From NCBI GenBank assembly GCA_977018835.1, contig OZ361258.1, forward strand, positions 3,472,001-3,536,000: 64,000 bases of DNA, in the 5' to 3' direction. Positions 44,401 through 55,846 of the stretch are shown piece by piece; the first letter of the stretch is position 1; every line of letters begins with the position of its first letter. The notes below the pieces were generated by a model that was given only the letters and a program-made list of their open reading frames with translations, searched no databases and was not told the origin of the DNA. The stretch is from Minutocellus sp. GHC0000111. Taxonomy: Eukaryota. A program made the position numbers and the translations under genes.

Positions 44401-45285
44401 CTCCACGACAAAGTAAAGAATGGTCGAGTGTTGGTCAGAATCGATGGCGGAATGCATGGATTACCCCAGGCAGGGCGCCTAGCCTACGATCAACTTGTCA
44501 AGCATCTCAAACCCCATGGCTGTTTCCCTTGCAAGCGTGCTGCCGGCCTTTGGAGGCACAAAACCCGCCCAATTACCTTTTGCCTAACCGTTGACGATTT
44601 TGGAGTAAAGCATGTCGGGAAAGAGCATGCAGACCATCTCATTCAGGCCCTCAACTCCAAGCACAAGATCACTACCGATTGGGAAGGCCGACTTTATTGT
44701 GGTGTTCAACTCGAGTGGAACTACGAGGCCAAATGGGTGGATCTATCTATGCCTAACTTCGTCAAGGAGATGCGCCACAAGTTCCAACACGACCGCCCCT
44801 CACGGCCCGAGCATGCGCCACATCGATGGAATCGTCCGACGCATGGCCCGGGACCCCAGCTGCCAGAACCGGAAGACGACTCACCACCACTCGACGCCAA
44901 AGGCATCAACGAAATTCAACAGGTGGTGGGCAGCTCCTTGTGCTATGGTCGAGCAATTGATTCAACAATTTTACCGGCGCTCAATGGCATGTCTCAGCGG
45001 AACAATCCAAAGCTACCGAGCGCACTCGACAAGATGCCAAGAAGCTTCTAGATTGCCTTGCAACCCATCCCGACGCAGTCATTCGATGCGTCAAGTCAGA
45101 CATGATCCTACATGCACATAGCGACGCCTCCTGCTTGTCAGCCCCGAAATCAAGAAGCAAGCTCGGAGGGCACTTCTACCTAAGCTCCCGACCTAAGCAC
45201 CCGCACCGCCAGCCTGACTCAAGGGATCCCATGCCACCAATGAATGGAGCCATCCTCGTCAATGCCAATGTCATCAAGCATGTCT
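41447..45285 (+). pseudogene. pol: Retrotransposon Pol (PR-IN-Tudor-like insert-RT-partial RNase H), broken into three frames
   Basis: ORFs 41459-44242, 44236-45051 and 45102 onward join into a continuous copia Pol once two indels are corrected. Confidence 0.88.
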
Positions 45286-45828
45286 CTGGCGGTAAAACAG
45301 CACGCATGCACCAGCAGCATTTACGCCGCGAAAATGGCACTTCTGTTGCGGGCTCACAGCAGGAGTGTGCCATCATGACCGGCGTTGGAGCAACAATGGG
45401 CCGACGTTGGTCGACGCCAAGCAACAGCATGCAGCAGCGTCTCATCGTGTCAAAGCGGACGCGTTGGTTGTTCAGTGGATGCCGCACTTCAATGCTAATG
45501 GCCGGCATCCACTCCAGTGCCGTCGGTCCCCATAGCGCCCACAGCGCCCACAGCGCCTACAGCGCCCGCTCCCCAGCTCGCTCCTTTGGCTCATTGGCTT
45601 GGCTCTTGGCTCCCGGGCTCCCGCTCCGCTCTTTGCGGATGCATCCGGATGCCTTTACCCAAATTTGACACGTCAACATGCATCGATGGTTCTGGTGCCG
45701 GCAGGGAACGGCCAAGCTTCTCACATGGACGTGGTCCATCCTCAATTGACGTGTTCCGGCCACCAGGTCAGTCAATCCCGGCCAATCCGGCCACGTCGGC
45801 TCTCGCCCATTGCTGTATTGCTGTGTGG

Positions 45829-45989
45829 CGGCAGGTCATTCTGTTTTGTCCCCGCCGAAACCTGCCGAATGACTTGCCGCTTTGCGCCCGGTAGGCAAGC
45901 AAATCTCGGGAAAACGTCATATTTGCGTCAATTCGAAAGAAATTGCACAATGACCTGCCGCGAGAGAAAATGCAAGTTTGGCAGGTCAT
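45829..45989. repeat. Cluster of direct and inverted AATGACCTGCCG motifs, possibly the subterminal region of a DNA transposon
   Basis: Reverse-complement copy 45829-45840, AATGACTTGCCG 45868-45879, AATGACCTGCCG 45949-45960, reverse-complement GGCAGGTCAT 45980-45989. Confidence 0.55.
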
Positions 45990-46565
45990 CGAATATCCAT
46001 CGGTGCTCCACGCCTTCGACTACGGTTCCTCGCCTCTACCCCCTGTGCTGTGGTAGAATCCACACAGTTCCCATTTATGATCTCACAATTGGAATTGGCT
46101 GCCTTTTGTAAAGCAAACCCGAGGTGAGCACGTGAATGTTTTTGGTCTGATATTATGATGTGACATCGCTACGTGCGCTGTCGCGGTAGTCAACTCGTTG
46201 GGAGTTCTGCCATCGTTCCGACTTGGATCGGCTCTCACGACGACGAAGTAGGCCACGAAATCGTTTTGTGCTTCCTCATCCTTCTTCATTGAATGCGTCG
46301 CATTCCATGGCGTACATGTACATGTATCTCGCTCCCAAACACATCACATCTCGCATGATATTTCGTCTACTTATATTTTCACTCAGACGAGCACAACAGC
46401 CTCGCGACCGCATTGCCGATTGATCTCATCTGTGCCACCCCTGGCATACTGACTTGTATTTTCCCCACACTTCCCACTAATTCATCTCGTTCGCCCGTCT
46501 AGCGCGAGGTGCATTCTTCGCCGTTCGCTCCTCGGTTCAATCCAGCAAGGAAGTCAACCACGACC

Positions 46566-47197
46566 ATGAAGTTGAATTTGCCCATCGTTTTCCTCGCCCT
46601 ATCGATCCCTACCGCCGTCGTGACCGCCTCCTCCGGGCGTCTGCACAGCGGAGGAGTCAAATCGATTCAGGCAGAGAAGGCATCTGCCACCGAGACCCAG
46701 GCCGTCCATTCCCTCGAGACCAAGGTGCGTTGCTTGTGTGTATGATAGGGTGACATGCCACCGTGCGTGCAAAAAGTTTTGTGCTACTTTCGAATTCGGC
46801 AGTTTGCTGGTTTTGTGTGCTTGGTCAAGTCAAGTGGGGTTTGGAATGAATTATGCATGTGTTGGAACGAGGGCGATTGTGGGCCACACGCCTCCCCTGG
46901 CACACGCCGATTTGTATATTCATACGAACAATCGATCCCTTGTATGGCCTCGAAATGGGTGTCGTATCTTGGTTTTACATTCTTGCATGTGATGTGAAAT
47001 CGTCTTTCTGTCGCCGTCATAACTCATGATCATCATCGCATCGTCGGCAATTTGCCTCATTCTCTGCGTAGACCGCCGCAGCTCACCTGCCTCTGCTTTC
47101 GCTCTACTCTTACCGCTCTGTCCCGCCCCACTCTGCCACCACTTATTATATTTCACCACGATGTCGCCCAGTCTGATGCCGGCCGTGTGCTGCTGCT

Positions 47198-47228
<31 letters not shown>

Positions 47229-50200
47229 CAGCGCACTCTGACGGGCTTTCCCTCGTGGTTCCCTCCCTCGACGGCGGGAGGAGATGCGAGAACTGGAACA
47301 ACGTTTGCCGCACGGGCTCGAGCCCCAACAACGGCTGCGCTCAGGTGTGCACCCCGCCCGATGGAGTGTGTTCCTGTGGGTGGGGCTACTCCCTCGATGC
47401 CGACGGCAAGAACTGCGTTGCAAGTGGCGAAGCCAACGTCGCGCCGGGGAGACCATCGTCCTGGATACCGACGCCTTCCCCGCCGGTTACTCCTTCAGCT
47501 CCCTGGCCGTTGCCCAGGGCGGTGTCCTCACCGCCACGGGGTCCAATCCGCTCATCATTACGGTCGACACGTCCGTGGACATCCAGGGCCACATCAATCT
47601 CAATGGCGGCAAGGGTGGCAACTCGGCCGGAGATCACAAGGCCGCCGGTGGCGGTGCCGGTGGAGGCGCTCTGCGCATTCAGGCCGCCACCATCAATGTC
47701 GGTTCCAGCGGTGCCATCACCGTCGATGGAGGAGACGGCGGAGACGGCGGCGCAGATGGCCAGGGTTTCTTCCCCAACTCCTACTCCGATGAGGTTGCCG
47801 GGGATGGTTCCGGTGGTGTTGGCATCGCCGGGGGATTCAATGGTGGCGCTGGTGGCGCATCGAATCAGGATGGCTTTCCGGGAGAGGGACCAGGAGCCTC
47901 TCAGGGCAGTCCCACCAGCGGTGGAGTGCCGCCTGGAGCGGGAGGTGCCGGCCACGCCTGGTACGTTGAACATGGTGTGAAACTGTTGGTATTGTTCGCT
48001 TGATTTTTGTTATCTCAAATCGTAGCACCAACAGCCTGGATTGACGATTCATGTATTTGCCATGTTCCATTCATTCATTCATTCATTCATTCATTCATTC
48101 ATTCATTCATTCATTCATTCATTCATTCATTCATTCATTCATTCATTCATTCATTCATTCATTCATTCATTCATTCATTCATTCATTCATTCATTCATTC
48201 ATTCATTCATTCATTCATTCATTCATTTCATTCATTCATTCATTCATTCTTCTTCTCCTCCACAATGGCGGTGCCAGGAGCTTTTGGCAGTATGCAGGGA
48301 TACCTCAGCCAGGTGGTCCGAAATATAATGACAAGGATCTATCGTTGGGCCTCTATGGTGGCAGTGGTGCCGGAGGTGGTGGCAACGATGGTGACAATGA
48401 GGAAGGAGCCGGAGGTGGAGGCTCGGGAGGAACGATTCATCTTATCGCCACTACTATCCAGATTGACGGCGCTGTCACCGCCAACGGTGGCCTCGGCGGC
48501 AGAGATGACTACCATTACAATGGAGGTGATAGAGAGTGTTGTAACAATGGCGGTCCTGGTTCAGTGGGCCGAATCAAGCTCGATTACAGCAGTCTGACGG
48601 GCAACCTCGCCAGCATCTTCCCGCTGGCCAATGCGGAACCAACTCCTGATATCTGCCACGCCACGGCAAATCAAGATACTGCAACGGACGCCCCTCAGCT
48701 TGCTGACCCTGTCCCACCTACCGATCAGTGTGCCACAAGCAACAATGGCTGTGAACAGCTTTGCTCTAGTCCCTATGGCACCTGCTCTTGCAATGCCGAA
48801 TATGCTCTGAATTCTGATGGCAAGACGTGTTCGATCATCGATCAATGTGCCACAAACAATAACGGCTGTGCCCACGCATGTAGCAGTCCCGCTGGAGCCT
48901 GTTCTTGTAATTCCGGCTATCTTCTGGGTTCTGATGGGAAGAGTTGTGATGACATCAACGAATGTGATACCAACAACGGCGGTTGCGACGCCAATGCTTC
49001 CTGTCAGAATACTGCTGGCGGCTTCACCTGTAGTTGCAACTCTGGATTTGCTGGCGATGGCAACAGCTGTACCGACATCGACGAATGCTCAGATGGCACC
49101 GATAATTGCCACGCCAATGCTTCTTGTCAGAAACCATCGGTGGCTTTACCTGCACATGCAACTCAGGATATGCAGGGGACGGCGTATCTTGCTCGGTAAG
49201 CTCATGAATATGACATGATGCGATATCGATCCATCACTCCCCACATATTTATTTTATGCTACATCCAACCTCACGTTTTAATGCATATCACTTTCCCCCC
49301 ACTTACCTGTCCAGGACATCAACGAATGTGCCGATGGTACCCACAGCTGTGACGCCAACGCTTCGTGTGAGAATTCCCCAGTTGGTAGCCATTCATGCAC
49401 ATGCAATTCGGGTTACGAAGGCAATGGCAACACTTGTACTGACATCGATGAGTGTGCTACAGACAATGGTGGTTGTGCCCATATTTGTACCGACACGGAT
49501 GGTAGCTTCGAGTGCTCGTGTCGAGCCGGGTACGCCCTTGACGACAATAGCTTTGGCTGCTCTACCATTTATATCGGGGCTGGCCAGACTCTTCCTGAGG
49601 CCGAGACGGCTTCGATTGAGGCCGCCAATACCGTTACTACCTTCTTCACCGCTCGCTCGGCATACGAGGTTGCCAGCCACAATCTTGATGTTGCTACTAC
49701 TGAACTTGACGATGCCACTACTGCCCATGACGAGGCTAAGGACAAAACCTTTGCGCTCACCAAGGCGTACGAACAGGCTGCTGCCTACGAAGCCACCATG
49801 AAGAAGGCATTCGATGATGCCAAAACTCGCGCCGACGCCTCCGATGCTAGCGCGGCCGAGCGATACCGTCTCCTCATCGAGGCCGAGATTGCCTACAACG
49901 AGGCTGCCGCCGTCAGCGCCAAGGCCGAGGAAGCCAAGGAAGCTGCCGAGTCTGAAGAGTCGGCTGCTGCTTCAGTTTTGGCCGAAGCTACCGCCGCCAA
50001 GGATCAGGCTACCACTGCTGAGGCTGCGGCCAAGACAGCCCTTGATTCCGAGCTGGCCGACGTCAATGCCAATGCTCTCATCCCGAAGATCAACCCCGCC
50101 ACCCTCGATTTTCCCTACGTTGATACGGACGGCGATCTGATTCCCAACGACTTTGATGCCTGTCCTACTCAGATGGGTCTTCGTCGCAACACCGACGATC

Positions 50201-53079
50201 GCACTAGCTCCGACAATCCCGGCCCTCAAGACTTTTGCCCTTCTGGTTGTCCCGAGACGGATGCCGCTGGCACCATCCTGGATTCCGATGACGATGGCAT
50301 TCCCGATTGCGAGGATCGCTGCCCCTTCGAGGCCGGTATCAAGTACAACCATCTCTGGACATGGGATAAGTTCAATGCCAACGAGATCGACACGCTCGAT
50401 GCCAACATGGCGTATCACGGCTGTCCCGACCGAGACAATGACGGTATCCCCGACAAGTTCGATGCCTGCCCCACCCAGGCTGGTGGCAAGTGCTACTCTG
50501 GATGTCCCGACAAGGGCATTGATCCCGTCACCGAAAAGCCTTACGATGGAGACATGGACGGTGTGTCGGATTGCGATGATCGTTGCCCTGGCTTCTACGG
50601 TCCCGGAAACAGCGGCGGTTGTCCCGATGGCGATTTCGATGGCACGCCCGATTACCGTGATTACTGGTGAGTACCGGTTACTATTAGGATGTGGCGCTCT
50701 TGGTATCATTATGATGTGCTCTATGGTGTCTTATTTAACTACAGCATTTACTGTGTTCACTCACAAATCATTTGCTCTCTTTCTTCGTCTCTACAATCTG
50801 CTTCTCGCAGCCCCTCCAATCCTGGCGACGCCCTCTTTGAGTACGAACGTAAGCTCGAGAGCAACACCCAAAAGTACATGAACATTCTTGGTTGCCCCGA
50901 TACGGACGAGGATTTGGTCCCCGACCAGGCCGATCTCTGCGATGCCCCTGCCTTCCCCAACCAGGATGTTTCAATCTATACCGGACTCACGCGTGTTGCC
51001 ATTGTCGACAATATGGGCTGCCCACTCGACAGCGACCAAGATGGTGTTTATGATGGAATTGACAACTGTGATGGTACCGTCCACAGCACCAATCCTGTTC
51101 ATGATCCCCGAGTTGTTGTCTTGTCCCCATCTGACGCTGGCTTCTCTGCCTCCGATGACCAGACCAAGCTCGGTTGCCCCAAGGATACGGATAATGACGG
51201 CGTCGCCGATGGTATTGACCAATGCCCAGCCGAAGGCGGCTACATCGGCCGTGATGGTTGCCCCATCGATTCCGACAACGATGGTGTAAAGGATTGCATC
51301 TCCAATGAGGCTCCCGCTTCCTACACCCGGCCCTTTCAGCCTACCACCTGCCATTCCACCGAAGCCAAGCCCGATGCAGCCTGCTGCACCTTCGAGCAGG
51401 ACATGTGTGCCGACACCGTCCGAGGTGCTACAGTGTATGCCATAGAGTACACCCACCCCAAGCTCGGTGCTCCCGTCGATCCAGGATGCTCCTTTGATCT
51501 TGATAAGGACGGCGTAGTCGACGGCGTTGACCTTTGTCCTTACACGACCGAGTTAGAGATTGCTCTGGCCAAATCCGACCCAAAAAAGGTGTCCATCGAC
51601 GAGAAAGGCTGCGCCACCATGTCAGCCCCGATGTGGGAGTCAACCTTTGTTGATGTTACCACCGGTTCGGAGGGTGCCAACCCCAAGGTAGAGCTGCTCT
51701 TCACCGTGGATGCTCTCCTCCCTCAAATCGCAACCTCGCGTAAATACGATGTTGCCAACGAGTTGGTCGCTGTCCAGGTAATGGATGCCTCGTGCACCAA
51801 TACTTTTGACGATGAGACCGATGCCGATGATAAGCTTCTTCCTGTCACTATCGCCGTCAACGACAAGGGTCTGTTCACCGGCCAGACTCCTACTGGTTCC
51901 ATTCCCATTACTATCGACCTCAATCTCAACCCTGACAATGTTGTCGGATCGGAGGTTTGGACCACCAAGGCACCGTACGATGTCGGAAGTATCGATTTCT
52001 GCCTCGGATTTGCCGTTCTATCCGATACCAAGAGTGCGTTCTCTTACTGATCCATTTTTGTTTCGTCGCCCATCGTGTCTCTATTTTTATTTATCGATAT
52101 TCTTTGACTCACTTTGATTCGTGGTCTTTCTTCCTTTTGTCTATCAACCGTCTCCACAGAATCTGTCACCTACAAGGAGCTCAAGACGACCATCCTTATC
52201 GACATGACTCAGGATTTCGCCGTCGCTGACATCAGCGTCGAGCGTAACGAGGCCGAGGAGACCACCAAGCTGATCGACATCGAATACCCTCTCGCCGCTT
52301 GTCAGTGCACCAACGACAATGTGTGCGTTGAGGATTCGGATCTCGATGATTCCTTCCTTTCCCAGAGTGACTCCCTCAAGCTCTGCGTCCGCTTCGCTCC
52401 CGATGCCGACAACGGCGATGTGCTGCCCCCTGATTACGTTCAGATGACTGATGTCAAGTCCTTCACTTGCAACCAGGGCGGTCTGTCCATCTCGCCCATT
52501 GTCAACTTTGAGCGTCAGGGTGACGGAGGTCAGCTCACTTCCGTCGAGACGATCAACAAGGAGCTTGGCAGTGGAGAGAGTTACACCGACGACGACCGTA
52601 TGCTCATTGTCAACACCCGGCTTCCTGCTACCTTCTTTGGTGCCGAGGAGCGCCCCGTTGACTGCGTCGGTACCATCGTGTATGAGTTCGCTGCTGGAAG
52701 TGTCATCGATCCTGACCTCGTCGGTACCGGCCGCCAGCGTCTTTTGTCCGAGGCTTCGGTGCCCCTCACCTCTGGTCAGACCAACCGCCGTGATGCCGAG
52801 GAGGCCCCCGAGGCGGAGGCCGAGTCCTCTATCGAGGTCATGCTCGCCAAGGCCGCCGGAGGACGTAGTCTAGGCGTCATTGTCGGCGCTGCCGTGGCAT
52901 CTACCCTTGTGGTTGTATCGGGCGCTGCCGTAGCTACCATGACTCTTCGTCGCCCAAGTGTCGGCGTTGCCAAGATGAGCGGCCGCCACGCTTCAGTCCA
53001 AGAGTCTTGGGCCGAGACCTCAGCCAGCACTCAAGAAGAAGGTCGTGCCTTTACAATTTCCAATGGTGCAGTGGCCTAA
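46566..53079 (+). CDS. Large multi-exon cell-surface protein: signal peptide, RXL sites, EGF/cbEGF repeats, Gly-rich domain, Ala-rich coiled coil, TSP3-like repeats, C-terminal TM; several apparent 1-nt deletions
   Basis: MKLNLPIVFLALSIPTAVVTA signal; DINEC..NNGGC..NASC.N..GGF.C.C..GF.GDG cbEGF units; DxDxDG..D..D.CP repeats; TM LGVIVGAAVASTLVVVSGAAVATM. Donors near 46724, 47961, 49196, 50667 and 52033; frame slips at about 47262, 47448 and 49135. Confidence 0.75.
48068..48249. repeat. (CATT)n microsatellite, about 45 units, intronic
   Basis: Near-perfect CATT run with one interruption near 48225; follows the GTACGT donor at 47961. Confidence 0.97.
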
Positions 53080-54318
53080 GGAAGTAATTATATGTATGTG
53101 TGTATGTTAATGAGGGCATCGCATGTGATATATTGTTCGCTCTTTGCGACCCTCTTGAAGTAGATCTATCGAATGCTCCTGTGTCTTCTGAATCTACATG
53201 TACACAACACAAATTTTGAGGAGATTTTTGTCAAATTTAAGACTCTTTCTGATTCTACGAAGCTAGACTCTACTACATGTGCTGTAGACATAGATACTAG
53301 TAGCTAGCTAGAGAGCTTGGTACAATATGACACCCTCTTCTCTCTCTCTTTCTCGCCTTTTCTTTCGATTGACACGCGACTCACAAGGTATCGGTCGATG
53401 CCAAGGTGCACACCGACCGCGCTACTAGCCAATTCACGAATGAGGAAGGGCATAGATTGAGACAAGACGAAATCAACTCTAACTAGCTAGCTACGTAGCT
53501 AGATAGTACTTCACCCCAGGTATCATGCGATGCAGATAGATAGTCGATGCAGATGCAGGCAAAAGGCAGCAGCGGCTCTCACCGTCGAACGAGGACACGA
53601 TGTTCTTCAATGGGCCAATGGCTACATGTAGGAATTCCTACAGACACCTGTGCCACAAGGCGGCTTGCTGCAGTGCCGTTCAATGTCCACCTCCATTTCA
53701 CCAGTGCCTTCGGCGCTCAGTGGCGTGGCGGCGCGACCCTCCAGCTCCCAGCTCGCTGGCTGTGCTGTGGTCACTAGTTTTAGTGCTTGTGTGCTTGGCG
53801 GCCATCGAGCAGCGAGCTTAGAAGCTACGTCATGAAGAAAGTCGCGACACTTTCACGTTACAGCCCTACACAATGGCCCTTCAAGACGAGAGACTCTGAC
53901 GTATGTCCTAAAAAAACACTACTTGTCGCAGCGACAATGGCCTGTGCAGTTTTACAGACGACGCGACGACGACGCCACATCGGCACTCGGCACTTGAAGG
54001 CACTTTCATCGAATTATCTTTCTGGTGGACGGCCGGTCCCCGCATCCTCAAAGGATCCTGCATTAGATTTTCCAGAGAGTTCAGCAGATCGGCAGATCGG
54101 AACAGCGCATGCAGAAATCTTTTCCCCGGCTCTCTGTGCTGCGCTGCTCTGCTCTACTACATGTTGTGACTTCAAGAAGGTTCCTTGTCGTTCCTCACCC
54201 TCGTTCTACGTTTCTGCGTTCGCATGATTGACCATCGCAAAGCAAGAAAAGACCACACGAAGTAAGCGGTAACGTAATCGCGCATGACCGATCGATCCTG
54301 TCAGCAGCAGCAGGCAGA

Positions 54319-55697
54319 ATGATGAGGTCGATCACAAGTCGAAACGATCGTGCCACCGCGGCCTACACAACCTCCTCAGGCGAGACGATACGGATTCGCA
54401 TAGCAGCTCAACCGCCGCCTGCTTCCGGAACAAAGGGCATATGCACCTCAAATATCAATAAGACGACCTCGTCAAAAACATTCATGAAGGTTTCCAAGTT
54501 CACCAAGCGCCGCCTCACAGCCGGAGCATCCACCACCGCTGCCGGTCCGGATCCAAAGGAAACTTCCACAAGTACCAGCACCAGAACCGCTTCTCGATCG
54601 TCGAGACCACCGATGGAACGCGTCGACAGCCTCGACCTCATCTCCCTGCAAAAGATACCGGAAGACGGAAACGTCCGGCTGAGCGATCTGTTCCTATCGT
54701 CCTTATCCCAGCATCGTTTGCATCAGGGCGACAATCATGAGAGTCACCGCAGTACCGGCACAGCGACCACTGCCGCCAGCGACTTTACTTCCAGCACCAA
54801 GTCTCTCCAATCGATGCCCGATATCAACGCCAGCGCTAGCTTTCGTGGCGGCATCACCAACAACGGCGCCGTCGAAAGCACCACCTCCACCACGACGACC
54901 AGCAACAGGAAACTCCCTCCCCTAAGAAAGGGTGGGAGTCTTTGCCTGCTCCGAGCGACGGCATTATCGTCGTCATCACCTGCAATAGCAGCAGCCTACG
55001 ACACTGACCTCGACCGCAGCAACGCCTCCTGTCCGTGCGATCTGGGCCACATGCACTCCGTCCACTTTGGGCGGGTGGAGATACTCGAATTTCGACGTGC
55101 CATTGGGGACAATCCCAGCTGTGCTTCTGGAGGACCGCCATTACAATTAGGGGGGCTACAGTCGTCTCAGTCGATCGATTTGGACGACTACGAGATCCAT
55201 CGGACGATGAATCGCAGAAAAAGGGAGCAGATGATGGTCCCGCCGCACATGCGTGAGGTAAGGAATAATGAATGAACGGAGGTCCCATTTATGTTTATAA
55301 CAAGTTTACTTTGTTCCATTTCACTCACAGCCAGTTTATTCTCAATCCTCTCTTCACACTGCAGATATGGCTTCGGGATGCTGGCTATGGCTCCGCTCAG
55401 ATCAACGAGAGTATCCGCCGAGCGTCGGTCATCAAGCGGCAACGACAAAAGAGCATCCAAACAAGCACCGTGGTCCATGAACTATCGCAACGATTCATTA
55501 ACGTCACGAGATTTATGAAGAAAGCGCACCAACGACGCCGTGACAGATCGAAGCACGCGGCTTCGGTAGGAGAGGACGACGACGCCGATAACACCAAGAA
55601 GATCGAGCCACTGGATGATTCCAGTAGCAGAAGAAGACAGGAAGAGCTCAGCGATGAGCTCGATCAGAAACGATTCGTAGATGCGCTCGCAGCCTGA
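54319..55697 (+). CDS. 'GDNPSC' family protein (RVxF-like motif), paralog 1; intron 55258-55364
   Basis: SVHFGRVEILEFRRAIGDNPSCASGGPPLQLG...DLDDYE...PPHMRE|IWLRDAGY; the splice is in frame. Confidence 0.75.
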
Positions 55698-55846
55698 AAT
55701 TTTTGTATCATTTTTTTAACGCTTAGAAAACTACATTTTTGACCTCGAACAAATGAACATAGCTTACGTGTATTTATTTGTGGACTGTAAAATAAACCTT
55801 CTTCATGTCTTGATCTCTGGAGCTAGCTCGTAGCCGGCTTCATTTG

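Larger units (their letters stand above)
39393..45285 (+). mobile_element. Ty1/copia LTR retrotransposon of the diatom CoDi type, 3'-truncated within RNase H, mutated and frameshifted
   Basis: Order is gag (40163-41446), protease (AD[A]GTTGHF, SLLSIGQLCDDGC), integrase (SDQPGRF, RLDNE, HRRNAAERAIRTFKNHFI), RT (DISDFYL, GLPQAG, VDDFG), RNase H start (HSDAS, NGAI). Frameshifts at about 44105 and 44990; no 3' LTR. Confidence 0.93.

Noticed and set aside
40163..45285. Alternative genetic code, ADAR editing, or classical RIP/CpG decay as the cause of Tyr>Cys/His
   Set aside because: Changes also span codon boundaries and non-coding DNA (not a code change), occur as both A>G and T>C (not single-strand RNA editing), and remove rather than create TA while CpG is retained (not C>T decay).
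48007..48597. ORFs encoding (HSFI)n
   Set aside because: They are translations of the intronic (CATT)n microsatellite, which has no stops on this strand.
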